The notes under the pieces were generated by a model that ran no database searches, was not told the DNA's origin, and saw only the letters and a program-made list of their open reading frames with translations. Position numbers and translations under genes: made by a program. 64,000 nt of DNA, taken from NCBI GenBank assembly GCA_000004985.1, contig GG738878.1; one strand, written 5' to 3'. Source of the stretch: Naegleria gruberi (lineage: Eukaryota). Below, piece after piece: positions 43,896-54,359 of the stretch; position 1 is the first letter of the stretch, and each line of letters begins with the position of its first letter.

Positions 43896-46067
43896 ATGGT
43901 AACAAATTTGAACCATTTTATATATGTGAATATGACAAGGAGTGCAGTGGTGGGAATGCTGCAAATTTTGTGTCAAATAAGCTATGGACCTACATTACCT
44001 CTGCATATATTTTCAGTTTATAAGCTTCTAATTTCTACAGTAACTTTTTATTTTAGTAGACCTCTAGCAATTGTTTCTGCATCAATATTTGTTACATTTA
44101 ATGCTGCTGCTCTTGGTATTTCATTTTGGGTGAATTATGATTCATTAACACAAATCGAAAGGGATTACTTTCCTTTTAGATTTATAGAAATGTTGGTAGT
44201 ATTATATAGCGTGTTTATTGGATCAATGCTTTTCTCAATATTCATTACAGATAAGAATAAGCAATATACAGCTCAACAAATTGAAACTACGAAGGAAAAA
44301 ATTATTAGCTCTGAAAAGACAAAATATATTGCCAATTTGAGTCATGAAGCTAGAAATCCTTTGCACGCCATTAGTGGATCTATTTCAATCCTCAAACATA
44401 ATATCCAATCTGAAGAATGTAGTAATCAATGTCCTCACTGCTATGTAACAAATGGTTCTATAGCTGAATTAGTTGAAGACCTGGAAGAAAACACAACATT
44501 ATTGGAGCATATATTCTCGTCTTCATTACAAGTTAGCTCACTTGAAATGGGAAAAGTTGAGTTAAAAGTTGAAGATACTAACATGTTATGTCTAGTTGAA
44601 TCAATTACTAGTGTTTTCTCTCAATTGGCTAAAACCAAACAACTTTCACTTCACAGTTACTTTAATGTAATTAAGGTTCCAATTTTTTTGAGAGCAGATT
44701 CTGTTAGAGTAAGCCAAGTGGTAATGAATCTTATATCTAATGCCATTAAGTACACAGATAAGGGACATATTAAATTGAATTGTGATACTCTGAGTGAAAG
44801 AGAAATTCGCAAACACTTTCCAACAAAAAGTATTGAAGAGTATGAATTTATCAAAATTGAGTGTATAGATACAGGTAAAGGAATCCCTGAAGCACAAGTT
44901 AAGGATCTTTTCAAACCATTTCATGTTGTTGAACAAGGTCAAAAATCTGTTGACAGCTATATTGCTCAAACAGAAAAAATGGCAGAATTCAAAGATATTA
45001 ATGGTGCTAGTATGTTACTCAATACTAGTCGTAGCAATGGCCTCGGATTATCTATATCAAAAATGCTTATTGATAAGATGGAGGGTGATATTATTGTTTC
45101 CAGTAGTTCGAAAGGTACTAACATGACTATCATTTTACCACTGAGAAGGGTTAAGCCAGAAGTATTGAAGGAAGAACTGGTTCAGAAGAATAACAATTAT
45201 TTAACATGTGACAAGATTTTTGAGATTTTGAATGAAGAAAATGAAAGATTGAATATTATAATTATTGATGAGGATAGATTTTTCAGACACATTATGCTCT
45301 CCTATTGGAAGATGTTTAAGAGAGCTGTTCACATTAGTGCAGAGTATAAAACAAGTATAGAATTTTGTGATTCAGAATTAGACAAGGATTTAATGCAAAA
45401 TACCACAGTTATTTTCTGCCCTGAAAAAGATATCAAACATACAGAGTCCAATTTCAAACATGAACGAGTAGTTTTGATTCCAACCATTTGTAGAGGTAGT
45501 CATAGATTATTTTCGGATCGTATCTACCTTTCCAAGCCAGTGAAATTTATAGATTTGTTGGAATTTGTCTATGAACATATTTTTGATAGAACTGCTTCCT
45601 CCACTCATAGACAAAGTGTTGTGGAAATTGAGAAAATACCAAAAATAATGAAAACCAAGTCAGTACCAGTAATTGAAGAATTCAAGAGTGAAAAAAAAGT
45701 TCTTATAGTTGATGACAATCACCTAAATCTTAAAATATTGGAAAAACTCCTTAGAATATTAGGTTTTGAAGACATTGAAGTTGCCCACGATGGTATGGAA
45801 TGCTTCAACAAGTATAAGAAGAAGAATTATGATATTATTTTATTAGATTGCATAATGCCTATTCTAAGTGGAAAAGAATCTTGTGAGCTTATCAGAAACA
45901 TGGAAAAGCAAGAACACCTAGAACATAGAATCCCAATATTAGCAATCACAGCAAATGTTTGGGAAGATAGAGAATCTCTTATATCTCAAGGTTTTGACTC
46001 TGTTATTTACAAACCTATTCAGCTGGAGAAACTACAAGCAGAAATGATGGCTTTATTGGATGATTAA
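43896..46067 (+). CDS. Hybrid sensor histidine kinase. It has an N-terminal multi-TM region, HisKA/HATPase domains and a C-terminal receiver domain.
   Basis: H-box ANLSHEARNPLHAISGSI, N-box MNLISNAIKYT, G1 box IDTGKGIPE and G2 box GLGLSISKMLIDKMEGDI. Receiver domain: VLIVDDNHLNLKIL..DIILLDCIMPILSG..YKPIQ. The first ATG in the GTG-started ORF is at 43896. Confidence 0.85.
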   Translation: MVTNLNHFIYVNMTRSAVVGMLQILCQISYGPTLPLHIFSVYKLLISTVTFYFSRPLAIVSASIFVTFNAAALGISFWVNYDSLTQIERDYFPFRFIEMLVVLYSVFIGSMLFSIFITDKNKQYTAQQIETTKEKIISSEKTKYIANLSHEARNPLHAISGSISILKHNIQSEECSNQCPHCYVTNGSIAELVEDLEENTTLLEHIFSSSLQVSSLEMGKVELKVEDTNMLCLVESITSVFSQLAKTKQLSLHSYFNVIKVPIFLRADSVRVSQVVMNLISNAIKYTDKGHIKLNCDTLSEREIRKHFPTKSIEEYEFIKIECIDTGKGIPEAQVKDLFKPFHVVEQGQKSVDSYIAQTEKMAEFKDINGASMLLNTSRSNGLGLSISKMLIDKMEGDIIVSSSSKGTNMTIILPLRRVKPEVLKEELVQKNNNYLTCDKIFEILNEENERLNIIIIDEDRFFRHIMLSYWKMFKRAVHISAEYKTSIEFCDSELDKDLMQNTTVIFCPEKDIKHTESNFKHERVVLIPTICRGSHRLFSDRIYLSKPVKFIDLLEFVYEHIFDRTASSTHRQSVVEIEKIPKIMKTKSVPVIEEFKSEKKVLIVDDNHLNLKILEKLLRILGFEDIEVAHDGMECFNKYKKKNYDIILLDCIMPILSGKESCELIRNMEKQEHLEHRIPILAITANVWEDRESLISQGFDSVIYKPIQLEKLQAEMMALLDD

Positions 46068-46126
46068 TCCAAAATAGGATATTATCAATATTTGGTCATT
46101 ATTCAAAGAGTCAAGATACTAAAAAA

Positions 46127-47439
46127 ATGCCTAAACTTGCTTTGGATTTTTCAACAACTGCCTTTGACTCATATGTGCAAGATTTCAAAAGGTACACCTC
46201 TCAATTTGTGGATTTTATGTGGAGAGTTTACGAAACTTATCCAATATTGAGTATTTCACTTGGGGCATATGGATTGTTTTTAATGTTGAAAAAGTTTGTA
46301 TTTGGAGGAAAGTATTGTCCAGAGTACTTGATAACCACCTCTGAAATGTCTGGTAAAGTAGCCATTTTGACGGGTGGTAATAGTGGATTAGGATTCAGTC
46401 TTGCACAACAATTGGCTTGTAAAGGAGTAAAAGTGATATTGGCAGTTCGAAATCCTCAAAGAGGATTAATGGCCAGGTCAAAAATTGTACACTACATTAA
46501 GAAAGAAACAAATATAGACCCACCTCTCGATTCTGTTCAGGTGTATCATTGTGATTTATCGAGCCTGGAGAGTGTAAGGGAGTTTGTAACTAGTGTACAA
46601 ATCATGCTTTCCAGTAATCCAAAAGTGAAGAAGGTAGTTAATCAAGTTGGTATAGAATTGGTCACTGAAACCCAAGAGACCTATCCAGTCATTGATTTCC
46701 TTATCAATAATGCAGGAAGTATCTATCCAACTCATAGGTAAGTTTCATTATTGGCTCATTTGCTTATGCAACACATTAAAGCGTTTCTGCAAATGGAATA
46801 GAGGCACATTTTGCTGGAAATTATTTGGGACACTATTATCTTACACAGCTCTTGTTGAAGAATGGCCTAATGAAAGACAATTGCAGAATTTTGAATATTG
46901 TGTCCTCTCCCTCTCTATTTTCTGATGAAATTTACACAAGCCATAGTTCGCTTTATGAATTTTCATTATTGGATTTATTGGAGGATGGTAAATTGAAATT
47001 TGATCCTCAACAGCTCTATATGAGAAGTAAATACGCTCTCTACCTCTTTTCAATTAAACTACAGAGAGAGTTGAATCAAAGAAACATACATGGTCACTTC
47101 ATACCAAGGCATGCACAAGTATTCAGTGTATTTCCAGGAGCAACCCAAACCTCTTCAATGGTCAAGACTTCCTCACCATTTGCAAGAATTTTTACGAAAC
47201 CTTTGGAATTACTTCTTTTGAAGAGTCCTTGGCAAGGTATTCAATCTGCCTTGTACTGCTTATTAGAACACTCAAGTAAGCTTAGGGGAGGTGAATTTTA
47301 TGCTGAGTGCAGTCACTCACCACAACCAATAACTCAATCAGATGAACAACGCATGCTTCAATTATGGAATGTCTCTCATAACTTGATTCAAAACTTTGAG
47401 AAAGCTGCTTCATCTCATGGATCACACAGCCTACCTTGA
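46127..47439 (+). CDS. Short-chain dehydrogenase/reductase (retinol-dehydrogenase/WWOX-like), membrane anchored. Two exons: 46127-46737 and 46782-47439.
   Basis: TGGNSGLGFSLAQQLACKGVKVILAVRN (TGxxxGxG Rossmann motif). NNAG is followed, across intron 46738-46781 (GTAAGT..AAG, phase 2), by SVSANGIEAHFAGNYLGHYYLTQLL..RILNIVSS and a YxxxK-type catalytic region. An N-terminal hydrophobic anchor is present. Confidence 0.8.
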
Positions 47440-47466
47440 TGAACACAATTAATATTAAGAGTATGT

Positions 47467-48783
47467 TTAATCGCTAATGTATTGCAAATAAATATCATCA
47501 CTGTCGTACTCTTCATCTTCAGATCCAGAGAGCATGGCAACTAATCCACTGGATGAGTCACTATCTTCATCTTCATCTACTATTCTTGTACCAATCACTC
47601 CTTGACAATTTGGAGCTCCACATTTACATTCTTGTTGTTTTGTTTCATCATTATAAATTAAAAAGTTGTAATTATATGTAATCTCTTCTCCTTTCACAAT
47701 GTCTTTAATGGCAAATATTCCTACACGATTCTGTCCATTAACATCCCATGTTTGAGTACGTGCATTTGGTGCACAAGAATGATTAATAAATCTAGCAATA
47801 TTCCCCATCCAAGTGGCATCAATAATTTCATTTTCATTCATATTCATGCAATAATGATGCAATGACTTTTTGTAACTTCTTTTAGTTCTAGTTTCGAACT
47901 TATCCACTGAAATTACTTCTCCTACATATTCAGTTATGAAAGTGCCCTTTTTGATGACATCTTGATTGCATTTCACACCAATCCCCTTTGTATCAGATTG
48001 GAAACAAATTAATTCTGGGTAGGCCATTTTTGTGAAAACTCTATTTTGACAATTGTCTCCACAATTACAATCTGTTGGACATTCAATTTGTGATAAATAA
48101 TTAATACAATATTTTGGAATGCATCCATTCGTGCAATGACAATGATCTTGATGCTTTTTGTCTGATTGCTTGGTGGTTTTTCGTTCATTTGACATGATGT
48201 AAACAAAATCATCAGGTAACTTGATTTTTGGAAAGTACTTGGTGATGATAGCTTGCTTTGCAAGATTTGATGAATCCACTGTAAGCTTCAATTTTTTGCA
48301 TACTTTAGCAAATGGGCTTTTTTCACGTCGTTTTCTTACTGATTTTTCCTCCTTCTTTGGTTTTTGATTTTCCACCTGTTCTTTTGTCAACTGAAAGTCT
48401 GTCAATCTTTTACCATAAAAATCCTTCCTATGAGGTCTATACGTTCCTCCAAGATGGTCAAAAGCAACAAAAGTCTTCTTTAAATGAAAACGATGAATAG
48501 AAGTTAGTACCTCCTCTGGAAATGGACCATCCTCAAGTGTTCTATATTTACTAATTGTATTATCCAGATCAAAATTTGTTTGCACAGTATCTTGATAAGG
48601 TATCACATTCGGAGTAAATGGTTTTCTTTTTCTTCTGCAATTACTTTCCGTCGGAAAGGCAATTTCCGTGTGTGATCGTTTCCCAGTCTTTGAATTTTTA
48701 AAACTATCACATCGCACCTCGAAACCATCTTCTTCGTTATCACTTGCAAATCGAAGCAATTCGATATAACGAGAGTGAGACAT
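47467..48783 (-). CDS. SET-domain histone-lysine N-methyltransferase (AWS-SET-postSET arrangement, SET2/ASH1-like).
   Basis: The AWS Cys cluster is CHCTNGCIPKYCINYLSQIECPTDCNCGDNCQNR. The SET core contains GIGVKCNQDVIKKGTFITEYVGEVI and NHSCAPNARTQTWDVNGQNRVGIFAIKDIVKGEEITYNY. The post-SET is ECKCGAPNCQGVIG. Stop codons of this gene and the convergent SDR gene are 28 bp apart. Confidence 0.85.
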   Translation of the reverse strand: MSHSRYIELLRFASDNEEDGFEVRCDSFKNSKTGKRSHTEIAFPTESNCRRKRKPFTPNVIPYQDTVQTNFDLDNTISKYRTLEDGPFPEEVLTSIHRFHLKKTFVAFDHLGGTYRPHRKDFYGKRLTDFQLTKEQVENQKPKKEEKSVRKRREKSPFAKVCKKLKLTVDSSNLAKQAIITKYFPKIKLPDDFVYIMSNERKTTKQSDKKHQDHCHCTNGCIPKYCINYLSQIECPTDCNCGDNCQNRVFTKMAYPELICFQSDTKGIGVKCNQDVIKKGTFITEYVGEVISVDKFETRTKRSYKKSLHHYCMNMNENEIIDATWMGNIARFINHSCAPNARTQTWDVNGQNRVGIFAIKDIVKGEEITYNYNFLIYNDETKQQECKCGAPNCQGVIGTRIVDEDEDSDSSSGLVAMLSGSEDEEYDSDDIYLQYISD

Positions 48784-48863
48784 TTTTTTAAAATAATTTT
48801 TATAAAAATTTGCGCCAAAATTTATAACAATTTTATTATTTTTATTTAAATTCTAAGAAGAAA

Positions 48864-50253
48864 TTAAAGAATGTGATTGATTGAGAATTTTTCACGAGGA
48901 ACAGAACAAACTTCGAATGAGGAATCAATAGAGACTTCCTTTTTCATCAATTCATTCAACATTTCACCAACGACAATGCCAAATTTGAAGCCATGACCCG
49001 AACCACCCAAGAAGGTTGAAATATTCTTCTTACCACTCTTTGTTGGAATGTAATCAATGACAAAATCTTCAGTTGGTGTCATTTCATACATGCAGGTAAC
49101 GACACGATCCTTTTCATTGATTAATTCTTCATAACTTTCGTCCAATTTAACAAGTCCTTCTGGAATAACCTTCTTGAGATAGGTTTGCATGGCTTGGAGC
49201 TTTTCCTTTTCAACTGGACGTTCTTGATTTGAATCAATTTGTTGAGCTCTTTCGTCTGGATCAAAACCTCTTTCCAAATCTCCAAATACCTTGTGAGTGG
49301 CAGATTTGATATAACCCTTCTTTTCCCATTCTGGGAAACCATAGTAAGCAAGATCTAATGGTCTATCAGAGAATGGATCTAATCCCCAAGCAATCCAAAT
49401 TGGCTATTTTACAATAATATTAAGATTCAAATTGAAATTATATAGAGATACTTACTGAATTTGCAGCAGTGAGAACATTTTCTTGGACTGCCTTTTCAGT
49501 GAGCTTCCAATAAACATAACACATTCTCAATACTTCAAATTTAATGTCCAAATCAAAGTGTTGTTTAAGGAATTTCTTTGAATAGGCACCAACACAAATG
49601 GACAATTTTCTAGTTTGGAATCTCTTTCCACTTGAAGTTACAACAGTGATAATATCATCCTCTCCTTCAATAATACTTTCAACTCTTTCCTTTTCAACAA
49701 TTGAATGTTTTTCATGATCGTAATCACTCAACAAGACAGTTCTAATCTTGTTTGGATTCAAAATACCAGCTTCTGGTGAATACACGGCAAGGGTATCATC
49801 AGGAAGTCCAGTAAATTGTGGGAATTTTTGTCTCAATTGTGCACCAATTAAAACTTCATGTTCAATTCCTCTTTCTTTAGAAACTTTAGCAACCTTATTG
49901 ACATTTTCATCATCCAATTGACCAATATCCAATCCACCAGTTTTCACAAAGAAATTTTCAAAATCTTTAACAGAAGGCCACATTTCCAAAGCCTTTGTAG
50001 CCATCAATGAATAATGATAATCATCATAGGCAACTCTATAATTTAATAAATATTCGGAATATTGAACTATTAACACAAACCTAATAATTCTTGATTCACC
50101 ATGTGATGATCCCTTCGAATGCATCAATTCAAATTGTTCCAACAATAAAACTCTCCCGAAACTTGCACCATCACGTGTAGCCTGATGAAAGAGAGAAGCT
50201 CCGGCAATGCCCGAACCAACAATCAACAAATCATAAATTAAATCTTGTTGCAT
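48864..50253 (-). CDS. FAD-dependent sarcosine oxidase/L-pipecolate oxidase (MSOX/PIPOX family). Three exons on the minus strand: 50253-50081, 50035-49456 and 49403-48864.
   Basis: N-terminal dinucleotide-binding YDLLIVGSGIAGASL. Introns 50036-50080 (GTTTGT..AG) and 49404-49455 (GTAAGT..AG) keep the frame. The C-terminus GGSGHGFKFGIVVGEMLNELM is typical of MSOX-type enzymes. Confidence 0.8.
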
Positions 50254-50484
50254 TTTTTTTGTTGTTTTTAACAGTTTTCTGATCTTTCGACTTCGGAGAT
50301 GTGTTGAAACCCTATGGATAACAAATTGAAGAAACATTCCAACCGTTGATCAGTCATCTGTAGCAGCATACAGAGCTTGCATGTTGTCTGAAATGTGCAA
50401 AAGAAAGCACTAGTTTGCAGGGTAATGTGTGAAGAAAATTGAAAGAAGAATTTGTGAATTGAGAGATGTTATGTGATTAATTGT

Positions 50485-51506
50485 TTACTTTTTGAGTTTT
50501 GCCTTGAATTTTTCACCCATTAAGGATCCAATAACTTCTGCCATTGGTTCCAGTTCAGATCCAGAAATTAAATCAAACTCGAATGTAAAGTACATGAACT
50601 AATATTGAATGAATGATTCAGTAATGCATAATATTGAGAATTACTTACATGCTTGAAAGCAGTGTTTAAGTGGGCTGTATAATTATGGAAATTAATTGAA
50701 AATTTGTAAATTGAAAAAATTATTGTGAATTCTTCTTACCTTCTTCTCCAAGAATTTTAATTTGTTCCAAGTGATGAGCATAAATGTGAGCATAGACACG
50801 GAATAATCTCTTGAAAATATTTTTAATTATTTTTCCAAAATCCTAAATTTGGAAAAATTATTCAAAAATTGATCAAAATTCGCCAAAAAATCAAAAGATT
50901 AGTTGAATATAATTATGAATATTAATAGAGGAAATGAAAATAAAAACAAACCTTTGGAAAATCTTGACTCGCATCAGTTGGAAATACATTTTCATCATTT
51001 AACAAACTTTCAACCCATTCCATTAACAAGGTAACATAATCCTTTGCACAAACTGCTGTTGGTTTATCATATTTTGGATCATCTAATACATTATTTTGAT
51101 CAGTCTCCTCTAAAAAATTATATTAGAAACATACCTGGATTCATCCACAAGTATTCGAAATTTTCACCACTTGTCATTTTAGGACAAGTACTTGGTGTAC
51201 AGTATTCTTCAAGAGAACCATAAAGAATATTAATTCCATTTACAAAATCTACAACGTGAACAGCCAACCATTCATTCTTCTTTTCACCAGCTATTAAAAA
51301 AATATATTCGAAACATTTTTAAATTATTAGAAACACATACGTGGTAATTTTACAGTATTTTCCAAACCGGCAATACCCAAAGATGAAGTTGATTTCTGCA
51401 TAGCATTCTTCATCCTTTCATTCAATTGTTTGTCACAATCGATATTCTTTTTAAAAGTCTTTTTTTTATCAGAAACTCCCATCAATCCTTTTAATACACT
51501 GGCCAT
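50485..51506 (-). CDS. MOB kinase activator family protein, closest to MOB4/phocein. It has six short exons on the minus strand and is absent from the supplied ORF track because no exon exceeds 60 codons.
   Basis: Hand-spliced product: MASVLKGLMGVSDKKKTFKK.. / ..GEKKNEWLAVHVVDFVNGINILYGSLEEYCTPSTCPKMTSGENFEYLWMNP / ..KYDKPTAVCAKDYVTLLMEWVESLLNDENVFPTDASQDFPK / DFGKIIKNIFKRLFRVYAHIYAHHLEQIKILGEE / HLNTAFKH / FMYFTFEFDLISGSELEPMAEVIGSLMGEKFKAKLKK. All introns have GT(A/T)(A/T)GT donors and AG acceptors. The strongly conserved MOB core motifs are present (VDFxNxINxLYG, CPxMSxGxxxEY, LFRVYAHIYxHH). Confidence 0.75.
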
Positions 51507-51823
51507 TGTTATTTGTTGTTGTTGTTGTGTTTGATTGGAAGAATATATAATACAAAGGAGGAGATTGTTTTTTTTTTAATTTGATTTTTGTTTGACAAGT
51601 GGAAAATGATGAAGAATGATTTTTTCCGATCACTGACATGTCATGAACAAAAGTGGAATTTGGTTGACTTCTTAAAGTTTGATTATTAAGGAAAGAAGGC
51701 AACAAAAAAACTTTAAAAATTTGAAATATTTTTTTGTAATTGTTTTTAAATACTATTAAATATATTTAAATATGTTTAATAGTCTATTTTATATACAATT
51801 TTAAATTTGCACTTTAAAAAAAA

Positions 51824-54323
51824 ATGGAACAATCAAATTTTGATGCAGGTGGAGGAAGTGAATTAATTTCCATCCAAGAATTAATCAAGAAAATTCAAAG
51901 CCTTCATTCTCACTTTAATGATGATCATGAATTGCATCATCCATTCCGAAGTATTTATTTGTATGGATCGTCGGTTTATGAAAATAAGGCTTGCAAATTG
52001 GTTCATAATATTAGAGATGATGATGATGATAGTGAAGGCTATTTAATGATTAGGGAGGGAGTTGTGGTTGGTGATTTGGATATCTTGTTGGTGAGGGATG
52101 GATTTCATCATTCTGGATTGAAAGATTTGATTCATGAGGAGGATAGGGATGAAAAGGATGTTTTCTTTGAGCAGGATATTACGTTGCATTTCAAGTTGAA
52201 AGGATCTAAGGGAAATTGGTATGATATTGAGACGCATATTATGTCAACGAGTATATTTATGGAGACAATTAGACAACATAAGGGAATTACATGTCAATAT
52301 GTGTTTATGGATAGGAATGAGTTTGTGATTTATGAGGATGAATTGATGGGATGGTTTAGATGTTTTTGGTTTAGGAATTTTCATTTTCACAGGAGATTGT
52401 TTAGGAGAATGATTGTGAGAGAGGCTGATGTGTGGTGCTACTCGAAAGCAAGAAGATTAATAACCATTGAGAAAGATTATGAAAAGGGAAAGAAGAACCT
52501 CATTCACGGTATTAGATATTTTAGATTGAGTAATCAAATTTTGGAAAATTTAACAATTAATGATTACACAGTTACCAATGATTTGAAGAAACAAGTACTT
52601 TCTCAAAATTCAACAGATTGGAAATATTGGGAAGAAATGTTTGAGCCAATGTATTTATCGGAAAGAGATGAGTTCAATAAGAAAGTAGACTTACATATTC
52701 AGGGTGGCCTCAAAGTTGCATCAGAGTATTCTGAGAAGGTGGGTGTATCGACACTTTGTAATATAATTGAAGATCATGGATTACAATATCTTTCTTTGAA
52801 TTTTAGCACTGACATTATTCCACTTGCTATTTTCGATCAAAATGGTGAAGAATTGGATCTTGTAAAATATCTTACATGTGAAAGTTTAATTAGAGTGTTG
52901 CTAATGGGTGTAAAGTTGAACTCTGAAGATTACAGACATCATATATTGAAACAATTATCAAATCTAGAATCTGACATACGAGGATACTCTATTCTCTTCA
53001 AAATAACTCAACTGGAAGAGATGGAAAGAATTGATGAAACAATCCCTAGAAAACCATTGAGAGAAACTAATGGTATCGTGATGTCTGCTACAGTGACTGA
53101 TTCGTTAGAAATTACTTACAAACCAGTGGCTGTTCCTTTACCAAAAGTTTATGATGAATTCAGGTGGTTGAATACTAGCACCAAAAACAAGACTCAATCG
53201 AGTCAACTATCTTTATTAGAAGTGGATGAGATAACATCAATATCAAAAAATTATAGAGGTGATACCTACATTCTTTATAATTACTGTGGAAAATGGAGAT
53301 GGTCTCACCCAAATGAAGATCTTCAATACTTTACAAAACTATCCAATGTAAGACATAGTTCAGGTAATGAAAAGGAGCAGTTTTGCAGCTTGTTATCTCC
53401 TGGAGCTAATTTTGAAGAACTGAATGCCAGACTTGATAACCATACAAATAAGAATTTCATATTTGTCAAACCAATATCAGAAAATTATTTATCATTAATT
53501 GCTGTTCGAGACCTTACAAACAATACTATTTTAGATTTGGAACCATTCTCAAATTTACTATTTGATTGCAAATACATTCAAAAAGAAAATATTGGAATGT
53601 TAAAGAAAAAGGCCTTGGAAATGAGTTCAGATTTGCTTTACAAACTTCCTTACAAATGCTCATCTCAACATGAGAAGGATATTGTCACATTATTGAAATA
53701 CCTTTACTATCTTTCTAATTCGTTGGGTTTTTGCTATGATGGATTTAATATTAATCTAAAGTTAAAATCTGGTAGGTGAATATTCAGTGAAATGCCAATC
53801 TCAATTTTATTTTAATATCAGCCAATTAACTGTATGGCATACCTCCATTAATATTGACGATGTTACTGAGGACGGAAAATTCAACAAATTTCATGGCAAC
53901 ATTCTTAGCCAGAGTAATGAACTTCTATTGATTGAAATGGCTCTGGTGTGGTTGGAATATTCTTGGGATGAACAAGTTTTTGAAATTGAAAGAAAAAGCA
54001 ACCCAAAGACGGTTCCATTTTCGGATATCTATTTTACTATCAAACAGGATTGGAAATGTATTTGCAAACTTTACGATGATTTTTGTGAATCTTTAAAAGA
54101 ACAGATAAGTTCAAGTTCAATAGATTCCAAAGATGTCACCAAGTTCATTGCTCAAAATTGCACTGAATTTGCTCTAGAAAATAAGACAATTATTTATAAG
54201 GTAGCGGAGGCAAACTTTGAAATAAGAGCTATTGAAGTGTTCAATAGTCCCAAGAGATCTATTGATGCAAATAGTCTTGTTAAAATATGGAAAGATTACA
54301 AGAAGAAGTATCCTTCAAATTAG
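51824..54323 (+). CDS. Hypothetical large protein encoded by two adjacent ORFs (51824-53779 and 53787-54323) in different frames. The GTAGGT..AG stretch that could join them is only 16 nt, so the junction is unresolved (frameshift, sequencing error, or two genes).
   Basis: No confidently recognisable domain. The N-terminal region has a possible Pol-beta-type nucleotidyltransferase signature (IYLYGSS ... VVVGDLDILLVRDG, i.e. hG[GS] followed by a [DE]h[DE]h strand), but the spacing is atypical. This assignment is speculative. Confidence 0.35.
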
Positions 54324-54359
54324 GAATAATAACATATGTGATATTTTGGAATTAGAGAT

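Noticed and set aside
53771-53786. The 16-nt GTAGGT...CAG segment as a bona fide intron.
   Set aside because: It is too short relative to every other intron in the window. It is reported as an unresolved junction in the findings instead of annotating it as an intron.
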